A DNA stretch of 64,000 nt from an uncultured Armatimonadetes bacterium (lineage in GTDB: Bacteria > Armatimonadota > UBA5829 > DTJY01): contig OY970325.1 of NCBI GenBank assembly GCA_963717145.1, positions 960,001 to 1,024,000 of the forward strand, written 5' to 3'. Below the pieces are notes generated by a model. That model was given only the letters and a program-made list of their open reading frames with translations. It did no database searches and had not been told where the DNA came from. Shown here in pieces: positions 22,556 to 33,014 of the stretch; position 1 is the stretch's first letter, and each line of letters opens with the position of its first letter. Position numbers and translations under genes: made by a program.

Positions 22556-22834
22556 TCAAGGCTGGCGTTTCTCCAGATCATCAATCCGCTTCAGAAGGCG
22601 AGACATCGCGTAAAGGTACATACCGGGGTAGAAGAAGCCGACGAAGAGTAATGGTGCGGCGACACGGCGCAATGTCTCAGAAGGAGGTGTCGGTGATTCG
22701 ATACCGTACGGGATGAGTATCCACATCATCAGGAGTGCGCAAAGTACGAAGTGAAGACTCATCATCAGTACCAAACGTCCTGTGGAACCTGCTGCCTGCG
22801 TTGCCCAACGTTCCGGATTGCGAAAAAGACTCAT
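22556..22834 (-). CDS. Small two-helix membrane protein
   Basis: GGAGG RBS + ATG at 22834, 92 aa, two hydrophobic segments. Confidence 0.55.
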   Translation of the reverse strand: MSLFRNPERWATQAAGSTGRLVLMMSLHFVLCALLMMWILIPYGIESPTPPSETLRRVAAPLLFVGFFYPGMYLYAMSRLLKRIDDLEKRQP

Positions 22835-22875
22835 GCGAACCTCCAGTGATCTATGCCGTGCAGATTCTGATGCCC

Positions 22876-24605
22876 CTACATCTTCTTCCCGAGCGCCAAC
22901 TTCGCCGCGTCCTCCCCCCCGTTCGCCAGGTAGAGCAGCGGGGTCGGGCGGTCGACGCCCTCGATGAACTTCGGGCGGGCGGACCAGGCGGCCTGCGAGA
23001 GCACGTTGTTCAGGTCCATCCAGTATTCCAGCCGCGCGGGGGTGAGGCCCTGGATCATGTGCAGGTGGTTCGCCGGCGGGTAGTGCTTGTACTCGTACAT
23101 GCGACGCGTACTTCGGCACGACGAACGTGTGCGGCCAGGATGGGGTCGTCGCGTCGCAGAGGGCCTTGGCGAGCTTCTCCGGGACCTCGGCGGTCGTGGC
23201 CTCGTCCCAGCTCAGGCTGAACATGCTCGGACAGGCTGCTGAACGTGAGCCGGCCCGCGATGCCCTCCAGGCCGCCGGGCGAGACGTAGGTGACCGAGTT
23301 GCCCATGCCCGGGAAGTAGCCCGCGTCCGCGAGCGGCATGCTGACGCCGCGCCATGATCTCGTCCACGCTCGCGCCGGGCTTCGCCGCCCAGTCGAGCGA
23401 CGCGCTGCCGGAGTTGTCGCCGTCCACGAGTCCCTTCTGCGCCCAGATCTCGTCCGTCGGGCAGCTTCATCGCCGAGCTTCTTCGCGAGCGCCTCGAGCT
23501 CCCACTTCTCCCACACCTTGCGGAAGTCCATGAACAGCGGGGGATTCGCCGCCGGTGAGCGCCGGAGAAGAAGAGCATCGTGAGCAGCCCCTGCACGTCG
23601 GCCTCGGTGGCGAACGGCATCGGGCATCTTCGGGCCGTTGTGGTCGAACGTGGAGTTGAAGAACGACTCCATCGCGTCGGCGACCGGCAGCGGAATGCCC
23701 CGCGCGTCCGAGCCCCACTCGAGCTGGCTCATGAACCCGCCGCCGACCGCGTTCAGGTCCTTCAGCAGGTCGCGCATGATGAGATACAGCGCCAGGCTCT
23801 GGTCGAATCGCTCGGAGTCCGCCTGGTCCCTGATCTCCAGCCGCTTGCCGAGGTGCTTGTCCACGAACGCGCGGAACGTCTTCAGCTCGTCGTCGTCGTA
23901 GGACTTCTTCGCGAGCATGTCCGCGAGGAGCTTCATGTCGAGCCGGGTGATCTCGATGCCGAACTGCTTGCGGGTCGGGATGACGTGCGCGAGGGCGGTC
24001 TCCATGCCCATGGAGTCGTGCCCGAATACGACGACGCGGCTTCCCTTCAGCGCCTGAGTCGTGACCGCCGCGAACGCCCAGTCCACGAGCGCGTCGGCGG
24101 TGCTCTGCGTCATCTGGGGCTCCAGCCCGGTGTCCGGCCACGTGCCGACGTTCAGATGGGAAAGCCTCCCGTACTGCGCGAGCGCGCCGTTCACCGCATG
24201 GGCGAAGACGACACCCGGCTTAGGACCGCTGTTGCCGCACGTGAAGTTGATCGGCGTGTCCTCAGGGAACTGCTGGAGGAGCGAGATCACGCTGAGCTGC
24301 GGGAAGGCCCACGTGTCCGGCGTGCAGACGAGGATCTTCACGCCCGCGTCCTGGAACTGCCTGGCGACGATGTCGGCCTGCTTCTCGCCGTCGACGAGGA
24401 TCGACGCGTACACGACCTTGACGGGCGATCCGTCGGGGAGCTTCACCCGCTCGGCCAGGACATCGGCGGCCATGCGAACGATGTTGCGGCATCTCTGGCG
24501 GCTGTCGGCGTCGATGCGTGGGTCGCCCGCGCAGAAGACCCCGATGACGGGCGCGTTCTTCTCGGAAGTCGTTATGTTGTCAGGTAGTGCGGTTGCCTTG
24601 CCCAT
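22876..24605 (-). CDS. L-fucose isomerase-like protein, multiple frameshifts in 3' half
   Basis: DPRID, SMGMET, QLEW, FDHNG, ATEAD, FMDFRKVW, NSGSASLD, PANHLH pieces spread over successive frames. Confidence 0.75.
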
Positions 24606-24677
24606 GATGTATCTCCTCCACAGTCGGATAGCTTTCGGTCATTCTAGCAGATGGGTGTGCGGTGTGCAAGATGCAGG

Positions 24678-24838
24678 CCACATGTCTGCGCCCCTCCTTA
24701 CGAAGGAGGGGCCGGCCAGCAGGCCGGGGGAGGTTTGCTTGGCGATCTTGGCGTCTTGGCGGTTCCATCTCGCAGTCCGGGGCGCAGAAACCCCCTCGGC
24801 CCAGAGGCCGGTCCCCCTTCGTAAGGGGGACATGTGTG
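24678..24838. repeat. Composite repeat: CCCCTCCTTACGAAGGAGGGG-type inverted arms enclosing (CTTGGCG)n
   Basis: Left arm 24686-24738, imperfect right arm ~24783-24830. TTGGCGATCTTGGCGTCTTGGCGGTT inside. Confidence 0.75.
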
Positions 24839-24974
24839 GTGCGGAACATGCGGGGCAGGCGGAGAGTCTCAAGACTAGATGAGTTTCCGCGCTTGGGTGT
24901 TTCGTCACACCCCCTACGCGGCTATATACATATTGAAGAGCTTGTCGCGCCCGGATCTGCGAGAGGTCGACTCC

Positions 24975-26870
24975 ATGCCTGACAGAATATGCCGCTTATT
25001 CGTACTCTCCGTCTGCCTCATGCTGGTTGCAGCGTCGGCTTTCGCCGAGTATCGCCCGGGCGAGATACTCGTGAAGTTCAAGCCGGGCATCGAAGCCAAG
25101 TCCGTCTCCGCCGCGCTCGGAGCGACCGTCCGCAAGTCCCTGCCACACATCAACGTCCACTGCCTCAAGCTCAAAGCCGGCCAGTCGGTCGAGGACGCCG
25201 TATCGAAGTTCAGGAAGAATCCGAACGTCGCCTGGGTCGGCCCGAACCACGTCGTGCGCCTCGCGAATACGATCCCGGATGATGAGTGGTCCCTGACTCA
25301 GGAGTACTGCATCCCTGAATTGGAGATATGCCTTCCCATTGGCGGCCAGTGGGGACTTTACAATACAGAGGGCAGGCACGACATCCACGCGCCGGAAGCC
25401 TGGGACATCGAGCAGGGTTCGGAGGACATGACCATCGCCATCGTCGACACGGGCATTCAGTCGTATCACTGGGATCTCGCCGGCAGGGTTCTCGATGGCT
25501 ACAACGCTCTGGACGGATCTACGGAGACGGATGACGATCACGGTCACGGCACTTTCGTGGCGAGCGTCGCGGCGGCGAATACGAACAACTACGACGGGGT
25601 TGCGGGAGTCGATTGGAACGCGTACCTGCTGCCGATCAAGGTCCTCGACGCGACCGGTGAGGGCGGTGAGGCAGGCGCGGCCGAGGGAATCATGTGGGCC
25701 GTGGATCACGGGGCGAAGGTCATCAACCTGAGCTTCGGTACCTACGATCAGGTGCAGGTACTCGAGGACGCGGTTAACTACGCCTGGAACGCCGGGTGCA
25801 TAGTGGTGGCCGCCAGCGGTAACGATGACTCCGACGATGCCGCGCAGCGGCACTACCCATCCTACTATACGGTCTGCATGTCGGTCGGCGCAACGAACGA
25901 AGCCGACCAGCGCTGCAGCCCGATGGATTGGATCGAAGGTGGCAGCAACTTCGGCGACTCACTGGACGTCATGGCGCCCGGCAATAACATCCAGGGCGCC
26001 GTTCCCGGGTACTACGACGAGTGGTTCGACGAGTGGACCGAGTACGAAGCGCAGAGTGGTACATCCGCTGCGGCACCGTTCGTATCCGGCCTGGCGAGCC
26101 TCATCTGGGCGCAGAACCCTACCTGGAGCAACGACCAGGTTCGCGATCAGATTGAGCTTACCTGCGATAACCTCCTCGGGCCTGGATGGGACAGGTACAC
26201 GGGGTACGGCAGGATCAATGCCTTCCGCGCGCTGTCGGAGCAACTGGCGGTCTGTGCGACGGTCGGCGAAGCACGCAGCAAGGGCCAGAATGTGGATGTC
26301 AGTCTTCTCGCCAAGGTAGTCACCGCCGGGACGGACAGCCTCGTGGACCGCTTCTATATCGAGGAGTCGGATCGCTCCGCCGGACTGATGGTCTACTGCG
26401 GGTCGTCTGGAGGCATTCAGGCATCGATGGGCGACAGTGTCAGGATACGCGGAAAGCTCGCCTACGTCGGTGGTGAGTTGGCGATCACTTCGCCGAGGGT
26501 CGTCGACGAAGGGATTGGTACCGTACCGCGCCCGGTCGGCATGTCGGCGAGGGCGGTCACCGGCACTCTGCCTTCATACGGCGGAGAGACGCCTTCCGTC
26601 GGACTGAACAACATCGGGCTACTCGTGCGCGTCTGGGGAAAGGTAAAGTCCGTCGGCTGGAACTTCTTCTATGTGGACGATGGCGCTTCGCTCCTGGACG
26701 GCTCCGGCTTCACCGGACTCAAGGTATACGTCGACAGCCTCCACAGGCCCAAGGTCGGCGACCTAGTTTCCGTCACGGGTATCAGCTCCGTCGAGACTCC
26801 AGCGGGCACGGAAGTCCGGATCCCCGTCCTCAAAACGAGGCAGTTCTCCGACATCCTCAAGCTCAACTAG
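24975..26870 (+). CDS. S8 subtilisin-like serine peptidase with C-terminal OB-fold-like repeats
   Basis: Signal peptide, VDTG, HGT, SGTSAAAP (catalytic D/H/S). C-terminal FYIEE..R.AG and GLLVRVWGKV repeats. Confidence 0.9.
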   Translation: MPDRICRLFVLSVCLMLVAASAFAEYRPGEILVKFKPGIEAKSVSAALGATVRKSLPHINVHCLKLKAGQSVEDAVSKFRKNPNVAWVGPNHVVRLANTIPDDEWSLTQEYCIPELEICLPIGGQWGLYNTEGRHDIHAPEAWDIEQGSEDMTIAIVDTGIQSYHWDLAGRVLDGYNALDGSTETDDDHGHGTFVASVAAANTNNYDGVAGVDWNAYLLPIKVLDATGEGGEAGAAEGIMWAVDHGAKVINLSFGTYDQVQVLEDAVNYAWNAGCIVVAASGNDDSDDAAQRHYPSYYTVCMSVGATNEADQRCSPMDWIEGGSNFGDSLDVMAPGNNIQGAVPGYYDEWFDEWTEYEAQSGTSAAAPFVSGLASLIWAQNPTWSNDQVRDQIELTCDNLLGPGWDRYTGYGRINAFRALSEQLAVCATVGEARSKGQNVDVSLLAKVVTAGTDSLVDRFYIEESDRSAGLMVYCGSSGGIQASMGDSVRIRGKLAYVGGELAITSPRVVDEGIGTVPRPVGMSARAVTGTLPSYGGETPSVGLNNIGLLVRVWGKVKSVGWNFFYVDDGASLLDGSGFTGLKVYVDSLHRPKVGDLVSVTGISSVETPAGTEVRIPVLKTRQFSDILKLN

Positions 26871-26883
26871 CTCCCGGATGCGG

Positions 26884-28377
26884 CTACTCGCGCCTCAAGC
26901 CGATGACACGTGCCGACCCATTGCGGACGACTCTCAGCACGATGATGCCACCTTGCTTGACGCGGTCCACCAAGTCCGCGAACTCCCTGTCGCCCCCGAT
27001 CAACTGGCCATTCATGCGGGTGATCACGTCTCCGGCTTCGACTCCGGCATCTTCCGCCACCCCTCCGACTTCGACATCCAGGACGACGACGCCCTTTGCC
27101 CCGGTCAGGCCGACCCGCTCGGCGACCTCACTGGACAGGGTCTTTACTCTCAGACCGAGATTGCGCCTTGCAGGGTCCGGGCTGTCTGCTGGGGGAGGCG
27201 GCGTGTCCGGTGACTCCGCGACGGCCACCGACACGTCAAGCTGCCCCCCATCCCGCATCACCCTGAGGCGCATCGTGCTCCCCGGCTTGGCGGAGGATAC
27301 CATCGACTGCATGTCAAAGATATCGGCGATCGGCGTTCCATCGATGCTCAGTATGACATCTTCCTCGTGCATTCCCGAACGGCGACCCGGGCCTGAATCA
27401 TCCATCGACGCGACAAGCACCCCGTCCTTAGAGCCGTAGTACTCCTGCAGAGGGGGCGACAAGTCCTGTACTCCCATACCGATCCAGCCGCGAATGACCC
27501 TCCCGTCTGCGATAAGGGAATCGAGTACCGATTTCGCAACATTGATGGGGATCGCGAATCCAAGACCTACCGACACTCCCGTTGGGGATGCGATCGCGGT
27601 GTTGATCCCAATCACTCGGCCCTCGACATCGATCAGTGGCCCTCCGCTGTTGCCGGGGTTGATTGCGGCGTCAGTCTGGATGAGGTCCGTGTAGAAGACC
27701 TCTTTATCCTCGAGTTGCCGTTGCAGTGCGCTGACGATACCCAATGTCATGGTATCCTCGAAGCCAAGCGGACTTCCGAGAGCAATCGCCCATGCGCCGA
27801 CCTTCACATCATTCGAGTCGCCGAGTGCGACGACGTCCTCATTGCTCAACTTGGGTGAATTGATCCTTACTACGGCAAGGTCGGTTACCAGGTCGATGCC
27901 GACCACAGTGCCTTTGAGTTCAGTGTCGTTACGCAGATGCACCTTCACGCGCCTGGCGTTGCCGACCACGTGCTGGTTCGTAAGGATGAAGTAATCATCC
28001 CCCTTACGTCTCACGATTACTCCCGAGCCGGTCGCGGTCACTGTGAGGGGAGTCTGCGACTGCGCCGCGGCCGTGTCGCCGGACTCCTCACCGACGTCAC
28101 TGGGCGCTTGGGCGGGATTGCCCCACTCCGCGCTTCTACCCGCACCGGACGCCGAATGGATCGCGATGATAGTTACGACTCCCTGTTTCGCTTTGTCGGC
28201 GATGACAGCGAATGAGTCCTGGAGAGAGCACAGAACTGCTGTGTTGACCGCAGGTTCCGCGCTCGGCTTCACGGTTGCTGTCTGAGCCGCGACTCCTGTT
28301 ATCAGCAACGCGAATGCGAAAACGATAAGACGCGCCGACGCTCGGCGGTCGATCCGATCTGCTTGAGTGTGCCACAT
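26884..28377 (-). CDS. htrA: HtrA/DegP serine protease with two PDZ domains
   Basis: GSGVI, TNQHVV, IQTDAAINPGNSGGPL, PDZ repeats. Confidence 0.9.
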   Translation of the reverse strand: MWHTQADRIDRRASARLIVFAFALLITGVAAQTATVKPSAEPAVNTAVLCSLQDSFAVIADKAKQGVVTIIAIHSASGAGRSAEWGNPAQAPSDVGEESGDTAAAQSQTPLTVTATGSGVIVRRKGDDYFILTNQHVVGNARRVKVHLRNDTELKGTVVGIDLVTDLAVVRINSPKLSNEDVVALGDSNDVKVGAWAIALGSPLGFEDTMTLGIVSALQRQLEDKEVFYTDLIQTDAAINPGNSGGPLIDVEGRVIGINTAIASPTGVSVGLGFAIPINVAKSVLDSLIADGRVIRGWIGMGVQDLSPPLQEYYGSKDGVLVASMDDSGPGRRSGMHEEDVILSIDGTPIADIFDMQSMVSSAKPGSTMRLRVMRDGGQLDVSVAVAESPDTPPPPADSPDPARRNLGLRVKTLSSEVAERVGLTGAKGVVVLDVEVGGVAEDAGVEAGDVITRMNGQLIGGDREFADLVDRVKQGGIIVLRVVRNGSARVIGLRRE

Positions 28378-28500
28378 GTGTCTACCCCACCGTTGAGCTA
28401 CTGATGTGTTACCCCGTGCGGGAGGCGGCGAAACAGGCAGTTAGCATTAGGGTAGGGCAGATAGGAGGGTGATAGTAGTGAAGCGGTAGGTAAGTAAGGA

Positions 28501-28598
28501 GGACAGGTGGTAGACTCTTGTGGCGTCCGGCCTTGCTTCCCGTGAACCGGGATTACGTGCAGTAGCCTGAGGGAGGCTATCAAGTCTACCGCCTGTCC
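28501..28598 (-). ncRNA. Candidate structured RNA / leader upstream of htrA
   Basis: 15-bp closing stem with two internal hairpins. TGn-TACGAT extended -10 just upstream on the minus strand. Confidence 0.35.
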
Positions 28599-28660
28599 CT
28601 TGCGCGGTTCCCTATCGTATCACAGGCTCGGGATATGCGCTATAGGTAATATTGCTGGTT

Positions 28661-29146
28661 TTATGCCCCCAGAGCATCCATGACTTCCTGGGGCAGGCAT
28701 CGCTGATCGAGGAGCTTACACATATCGCGGAGCGCCTTTCGCGCATTGGCTGCGGCATAGACCCGCATCCAACCGTCTTCGACAGCCTCGATGAACTCCT
28801 CTTCGTTCCGGATCATGTACTCCCAGCCCGGCACGATATCGGCCGCAAGGAGAAGCTGCGTTCCCTTCCAGACGCCGTCGTCGTTGTGGAGGGGCGACTG
28901 CATGGAAATGTGGTAGTAGCCGGTCGGATTCTTGCTCTCATCGAGATAAGCGATGATGCTGTACCAGTCGTCCATGAAGTCGAAGCGGAGGCCTGTGACT
29001 CCGTGGCGACCGTTGGGCGGGGGCTGCGGTATGTCGAACTGACTGATCAGCAGGCCGGGAAGCTGAGCCACCAGCTCGTTCTCGAAATCCTGCGGAAGGT
29101 CATCGTACTGCTTGAGTCTAAACTGGGCTGTATCCGGCCGGGCCAC
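28661..29146 (-). CDS. DUF402-like protein (start uncertain)
   Basis: GYYHISM.SP and IRNEEEFIEAVEDGW resemble DUF402. Confidence 0.6.
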   Translation of the reverse strand: MARPDTAQFRLKQYDDLPQDFENELVAQLPGLLISQFDIPQPPPNGRHGVTGLRFDFMDDWYSIIAYLDESKNPTGYYHISMQSPLHNDDGVWKGTQLLLAADIVPGWEYMIRNEEEFIEAVEDGWMRVYAAANARKALRDMCKLLDQRCLPQEVMDALGA

Positions 29147-29255
29147 TTGGTGCTCCGATGTCGGGTCGGGACAGCCCGGCCCTCAAAATGCTTTACGCCT
29201 GTATGTTATCCGGCGGTACCGCGTAGTCCTCCGCGCCCGGCAAGGATTACAGAAA

Positions 29256-29630
29256 CTAATCGGTCGGTATTTTCAGGGCCTTCTTGGCCTTGCGAACCAG
29301 CACTTCGGGGTCGAAAGGCTTCATGATGTAATCCGAGACCCATAGCTGTCGCGCCTCATCGACCGTGATGCTGGCCGTCTTTGCCGTCAACATGATCACC
29401 GGAGTCTTCGAAGTCTTTCGGCGGGACCGGATCTGCCTCAGGACCTCCATTCCGTCCATCAGCGGCATCATGATATCGAGCAGCACAAGGTCGGGTGCTT
29501 CGGCCTCGACCATCGCCAGTGCACTCGGGCCGTCGCCTGCCATTATGGTCTCAAAGCCTTCCTTTTCGAACCTGAACTGCAACAGCCGGACGACATCGGC
29601 CTCGTCATCGACAATCAGCACTTTCGGCAT
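29256..29630 (-). CDS. Single-domain response regulator
   Basis: VLIVDDE, LLDIMMP, MLTA, KPF. Confidence 0.95.
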   Translation of the reverse strand: MPKVLIVDDEADVVRLLQFRFEKEGFETIMAGDGPSALAMVEAEAPDLVLLDIMMPLMDGMEVLRQIRSRRKTSKTPVIMLTAKTASITVDEARQLWVSDYIMKPFDPEVLVRKAKKALKIPTD

Positions 29631-29708
29631 TGCATTACCTCCCGCAAAATCATTTCGACCACACTACCATCATTCCGAGTAGCCCGGGGTGCTCTCTGGT
29701 GGTAACTA

Positions 29709-31955
29709 TCACACACCCGGAGCGGATATCGGTATCGTGAAGCTAAAGGTACTGCCGTGGCCCTTTTCGCTTTCCACCCATATCTTTCCTCCGTGCATCT
29801 CCACGAGATGCTTGGTGATAGCCAGACCGAGGCCCGTTCCCCTGATCTGTTTGACCGCATTATTCTCGCCTCGGTAGAACATCTGGAACAGCTTGCCTCG
29901 CTCCTCCGGTGCGATACCCATTCCGGCGTCGATCACCTTGACCAGCACATTCTTGTCGACGTGATAGGCCGCGAGCTTGATCGTCGTAGAGTCGGGGCTG
30001 TACTTCAGCGCATTGGAGACCAGGTTGGCGATGATCTGCCCGAGCCTGTGGGAATCCGCGCGTACCATCGGGATGCCGGGCTCGATGTCGGTCAGTATTG
30101 TGATGCCCTTATCATCCGCGAGAGCCTTCAACGAATCGAGTTCGTGCTCGAACAGGTCCTTGAGATCGAGCGGCTCGAGCACGAGGTCAAGCCTGCCCGA
30201 CTGGATCTTGGAGATGTCGAGAAGATCGTTCACGAGAGCGACCAGCCTATCAGTGTTTCGGCTGACCGTATTCAGGAACTCGCACTGAATCTCATTGAGA
30301 TCGCCGGAATGACCCGCGACCATGAGCTTCACGTATCCCTGAATCGATGTCAGCGGCGTGCGCAACTCATGCGACACCAGAGAGACGAACTCGGTCTTGA
30401 GATGGCTGATCTCCTCCAGTGCGCGGCGGGTGACCTCTTCCTTGAGCAGGCGTTCGTCGAGCATCGCCCGTTGGAGCGCGATCGCGGCGGTGCGTGCGGC
30501 TGTCTGCAGCAATTCCAATTCGGAGGGCTGCAGTTTCCTGACGTCCCGGTAATAGAGGCTGAGCACACCGATGGGAGCATCAGCCGGGATGAGTGGTACC
30601 GCGACCACGGACGTGTAGCCGTCCATGCGCGCCATCTCCCGCCACGCCGCAAACCGTCGATCCTTGAAGATGTTGTTCACCGCACAGATGCGCTTGTTCC
30701 GTATCGCGAAGGCCGCGGGGCTCTGTCCGGTTGGCGTGTTGGGAGCAAGCGGCATCTGCACGTTCTCGTTCGCCACTTTGGTGTATTCGTCGGTGATGCC
30801 CCAGATCGCCCCGGTCATGAGGAACTCGCCGGTCTCATCGAGCATCCGAAGTGAACCGAACTTCGCGCCGAACGACTGGCTGATGTGGGTGACCGTAAAC
30901 GTCTGGACGCCGGGAACGTCGGGCGTCGATGCGAGTTCCTGAGCGAGGCGATAGAGTATCTTCTGCTCGGAAAGACGACGCTTCGCTTGATCGTACAGCC
31001 GAGTGTTCTCGATGGCGACGGCCGCCTGACCCGCCAGAATGAGCAGCAGGTTCTGATCCTCTTCCGTGAACCATTTCGGTTCTCGACATGCCAGTGTTAT
31101 CACGCCGATCGTTCGTCCCTCGAGAAGCAGAGGCACCGAAATCAGCGATGAGAGCGGCTCGACATCCCGGGGATAGTAATCAAGGCGCGACTCGCTTCTG
31201 GCGTCGTTCACGATGAGCGGTCGGCCCTGTTCAGCGACCCAGCCCGGCACACCCTGGCCGACCTTGAGCATCCGGATCCGCTTGAGCGTTTGCTGGCTGA
31301 AGCCCCTGGAGGCTCGGATTGGCAGGTCGCCGGTATTCGTATCTATGAGCCGGATGCTGCTCGTATCGGTCCCGAGCAAACGGTTGGCCTCGTCCATGAC
31401 GACGTTCAGCGCCCACCTCATATCTGTGGATGCGCCTATCGTCTGGGCGACCTTCGATATCGCAACCAGCGCCGCCGAGCGTTGACGAGCCTCCTCGAGC
31501 AAACGCGCGGTCTCGATGGCGGCGCCCGCCTGGTTTGCGAGCAGGAAGACCGGCTCCATGCGCTCTGAAAGTATGCGGCCGGAGCGGTTCCAGAAAACCG
31601 CCAGTACTCCCGCGGGTGAATCCTTGTAGACGATCGGCACTATGACGGCGGCCTTGATGGAGGTTTCCTCGGCGAGCGCACGAAGGCCCTCGTGTTCCGA
31701 AATGTCCGTGAGGATGACGGGGACGAAGGACCCTGTGGAGTCGGACTGGAGCCGGTCCTCGAGGACGTTTATCAACTCCCTGGCGACACGCGCGGGCAGA
31801 TTATGGCTCGCGCTGTAGAAGAAAACTTTGCGCTGGTTGTCATGCAGGGCGAGCCAGCTTGCATCGGCGGTGGCGAGGTTGACCGCCGCCTCGACCACGG
31901 TCCGCGCGAGGTCGTTCAGTTCCGGGCTCGGCGGAGAGCATCCGCCCGATCTCAT
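29709..31955 (-). CDS. GAF-domain sensor histidine kinase
   Basis: Three GAF-like repeats, [25 protein letters not shown]. Confidence 0.95.
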   Translation of the reverse strand: MRSGGCSPPSPELNDLARTVVEAAVNLATADASWLALHDNQRKVFFYSASHNLPARVARELINVLEDRLQSDSTGSFVPVILTDISEHEGLRALAEETSIKAAVIVPIVYKDSPAGVLAVFWNRSGRILSERMEPVFLLANQAGAAIETARLLEEARQRSAALVAISKVAQTIGASTDMRWALNVVMDEANRLLGTDTSSIRLIDTNTGDLPIRASRGFSQQTLKRIRMLKVGQGVPGWVAEQGRPLIVNDARSESRLDYYPRDVEPLSSLISVPLLLEGRTIGVITLACREPKWFTEEDQNLLLILAGQAAVAIENTRLYDQAKRRLSEQKILYRLAQELASTPDVPGVQTFTVTHISQSFGAKFGSLRMLDETGEFLMTGAIWGITDEYTKVANENVQMPLAPNTPTGQSPAAFAIRNKRICAVNNIFKDRRFAAWREMARMDGYTSVVAVPLIPADAPIGVLSLYYRDVRKLQPSELELLQTAARTAAIALQRAMLDERLLKEEVTRRALEEISHLKTEFVSLVSHELRTPLTSIQGYVKLMVAGHSGDLNEIQCEFLNTVSRNTDRLVALVNDLLDISKIQSGRLDLVLEPLDLKDLFEHELDSLKALADDKGITILTDIEPGIPMVRADSHRLGQIIANLVSNALKYSPDSTTIKLAAYHVDKNVLVKVIDAGMGIAPEERGKLFQMFYRGENNAVKQIRGTGLGLAITKHLVEMHGGKIWVESEKGHGSTFSFTIPISAPGV

Positions 31956-32029
31956 AGAGAGTGGACAGCTCCCAGTGCAGGTCTCTCATGCGAGAGCGCT
32001 CCTTGCTGTCATTCGTTCCTAAGAAAGCA

Positions 32030-32146
32030 CACCGTCAGTCCTGAGTTCGCCGGTGAATGACGGCGTGTAACGAAGGACGGCCTTACTCCACCGAGCCGTC
32101 CTTCGTTACACGCCGTCATTCACCGGCGAACTCAGGACTGACGGTG
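32030..32146. repeat. Perfect palindrome, 52-bp arms
   Basis: 32030-32081 / 32095-32146 exact, 13-nt loop. Confidence 0.95.
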
Positions 32147-32204
32147 GTTTCTGATCGAAACAACTGCATACAGTGCGGCAACATGCTCAGAATGACAGAT
32201 GTGA

Positions 32205-33014
32205 TCAGATGTCGATCTCCATCCCGTCGTAGGCTACCTGGATGCCCTCAGGGGACACCGATTCCACGATCTCGCCGTGGGTCACGCCGGCGTTGTGCGA
32301 GAAATGCGTGAGCACGTACATTCCATCGGAGAAACTGCCCATCTCCTCCAGGCGCTTCTTCATCTCGAATACCTTTTCGAATGTCATGTGACGCTTTCCT
32401 CCGCCGTGCGGGCCGGATGTGCACTCGGAGATCACCACGTCGAATGGCGTCGTCTTGAAGAAGTCCCACGTCTCATCGGGATACTCCCCGACATCGCAGG
32501 CATAGAGGGCGGTGCGCCCGTCCGACTGCACGATATAGTTGACGGAGAGATCGCCCTCCATGTGGAATGCCGTCACGGGCGTGAACGTGAAGTCGCCCGC
32601 TTCGATGGGCTTGAACGGCTCGATCTCGTTGACGTCGCCGACCGCGCCCAGATGGTCGCCGAGCATCGGCTTCGCGCGGTCCACAACGGTCTTGCTGCCG
32701 TAGACCTGAAGTGGCAGAGGTCGGCCGTGCGCGAACCAGGGCTTCAGGTAGTTGAGTTCCCGCTCGGAGAAGTGATCGTTGTGCGGATGCGTGATGAAGA
32801 TGCTCTCCAGCGCAACCGTATCGAGTCCGAGGTTCACCATGTGGTGCCAGAAGTCCGGCGACAGGTCGATGAGATGCTTCCCGCCGAAAAGGGCCGACGA
32901 CCGGCTGCGGAGGTCCCTTCCGCCAAGCATCCTCGCCCTTGCGCAGGTCTCGCAGGCGCAGAATACGGACGGTATGCCCTCTGCGGCCGCGGTGCCCAGT
33001 ATCTTGATCTTCAT
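32205..33014 (-). CDS. MBL-fold phosphodiesterase (PhnP-like)
   Basis: LGTAAAEGIP..FC.C..C, THPHNDH, THFSH, AYDG. Confidence 0.85.
   Translation of the reverse strand: MKIKILGTAAAEGIPSVFCACETCARARMLGGRDLRSRSSALFGGKHLIDLSPDFWHHMVNLGLDTVALESIFITHPHNDHFSERELNYLKPWFAHGRPLPLQVYGSKTVVDRAKPMLGDHLGAVGDVNEIEPFKPIEAGDFTFTPVTAFHMEGDLSVNYIVQSDGRTALYACDVGEYPDETWDFFKTTPFDVVISECTSGPHGGGKRHMTFEKVFEMKKRLEEMGSFSDGMYVLTHFSHNAGVTHGEIVESVSPEGIQVAYDGMEIDI

Noticed and set aside
28501-28598. SRP RNA, tRNA-Sec or 6S assignment
   Set aside because: Lacks the SRP CAGG-GNRA-AGCA helix, a cloverleaf and 6S length. Kept only as an unknown candidate.
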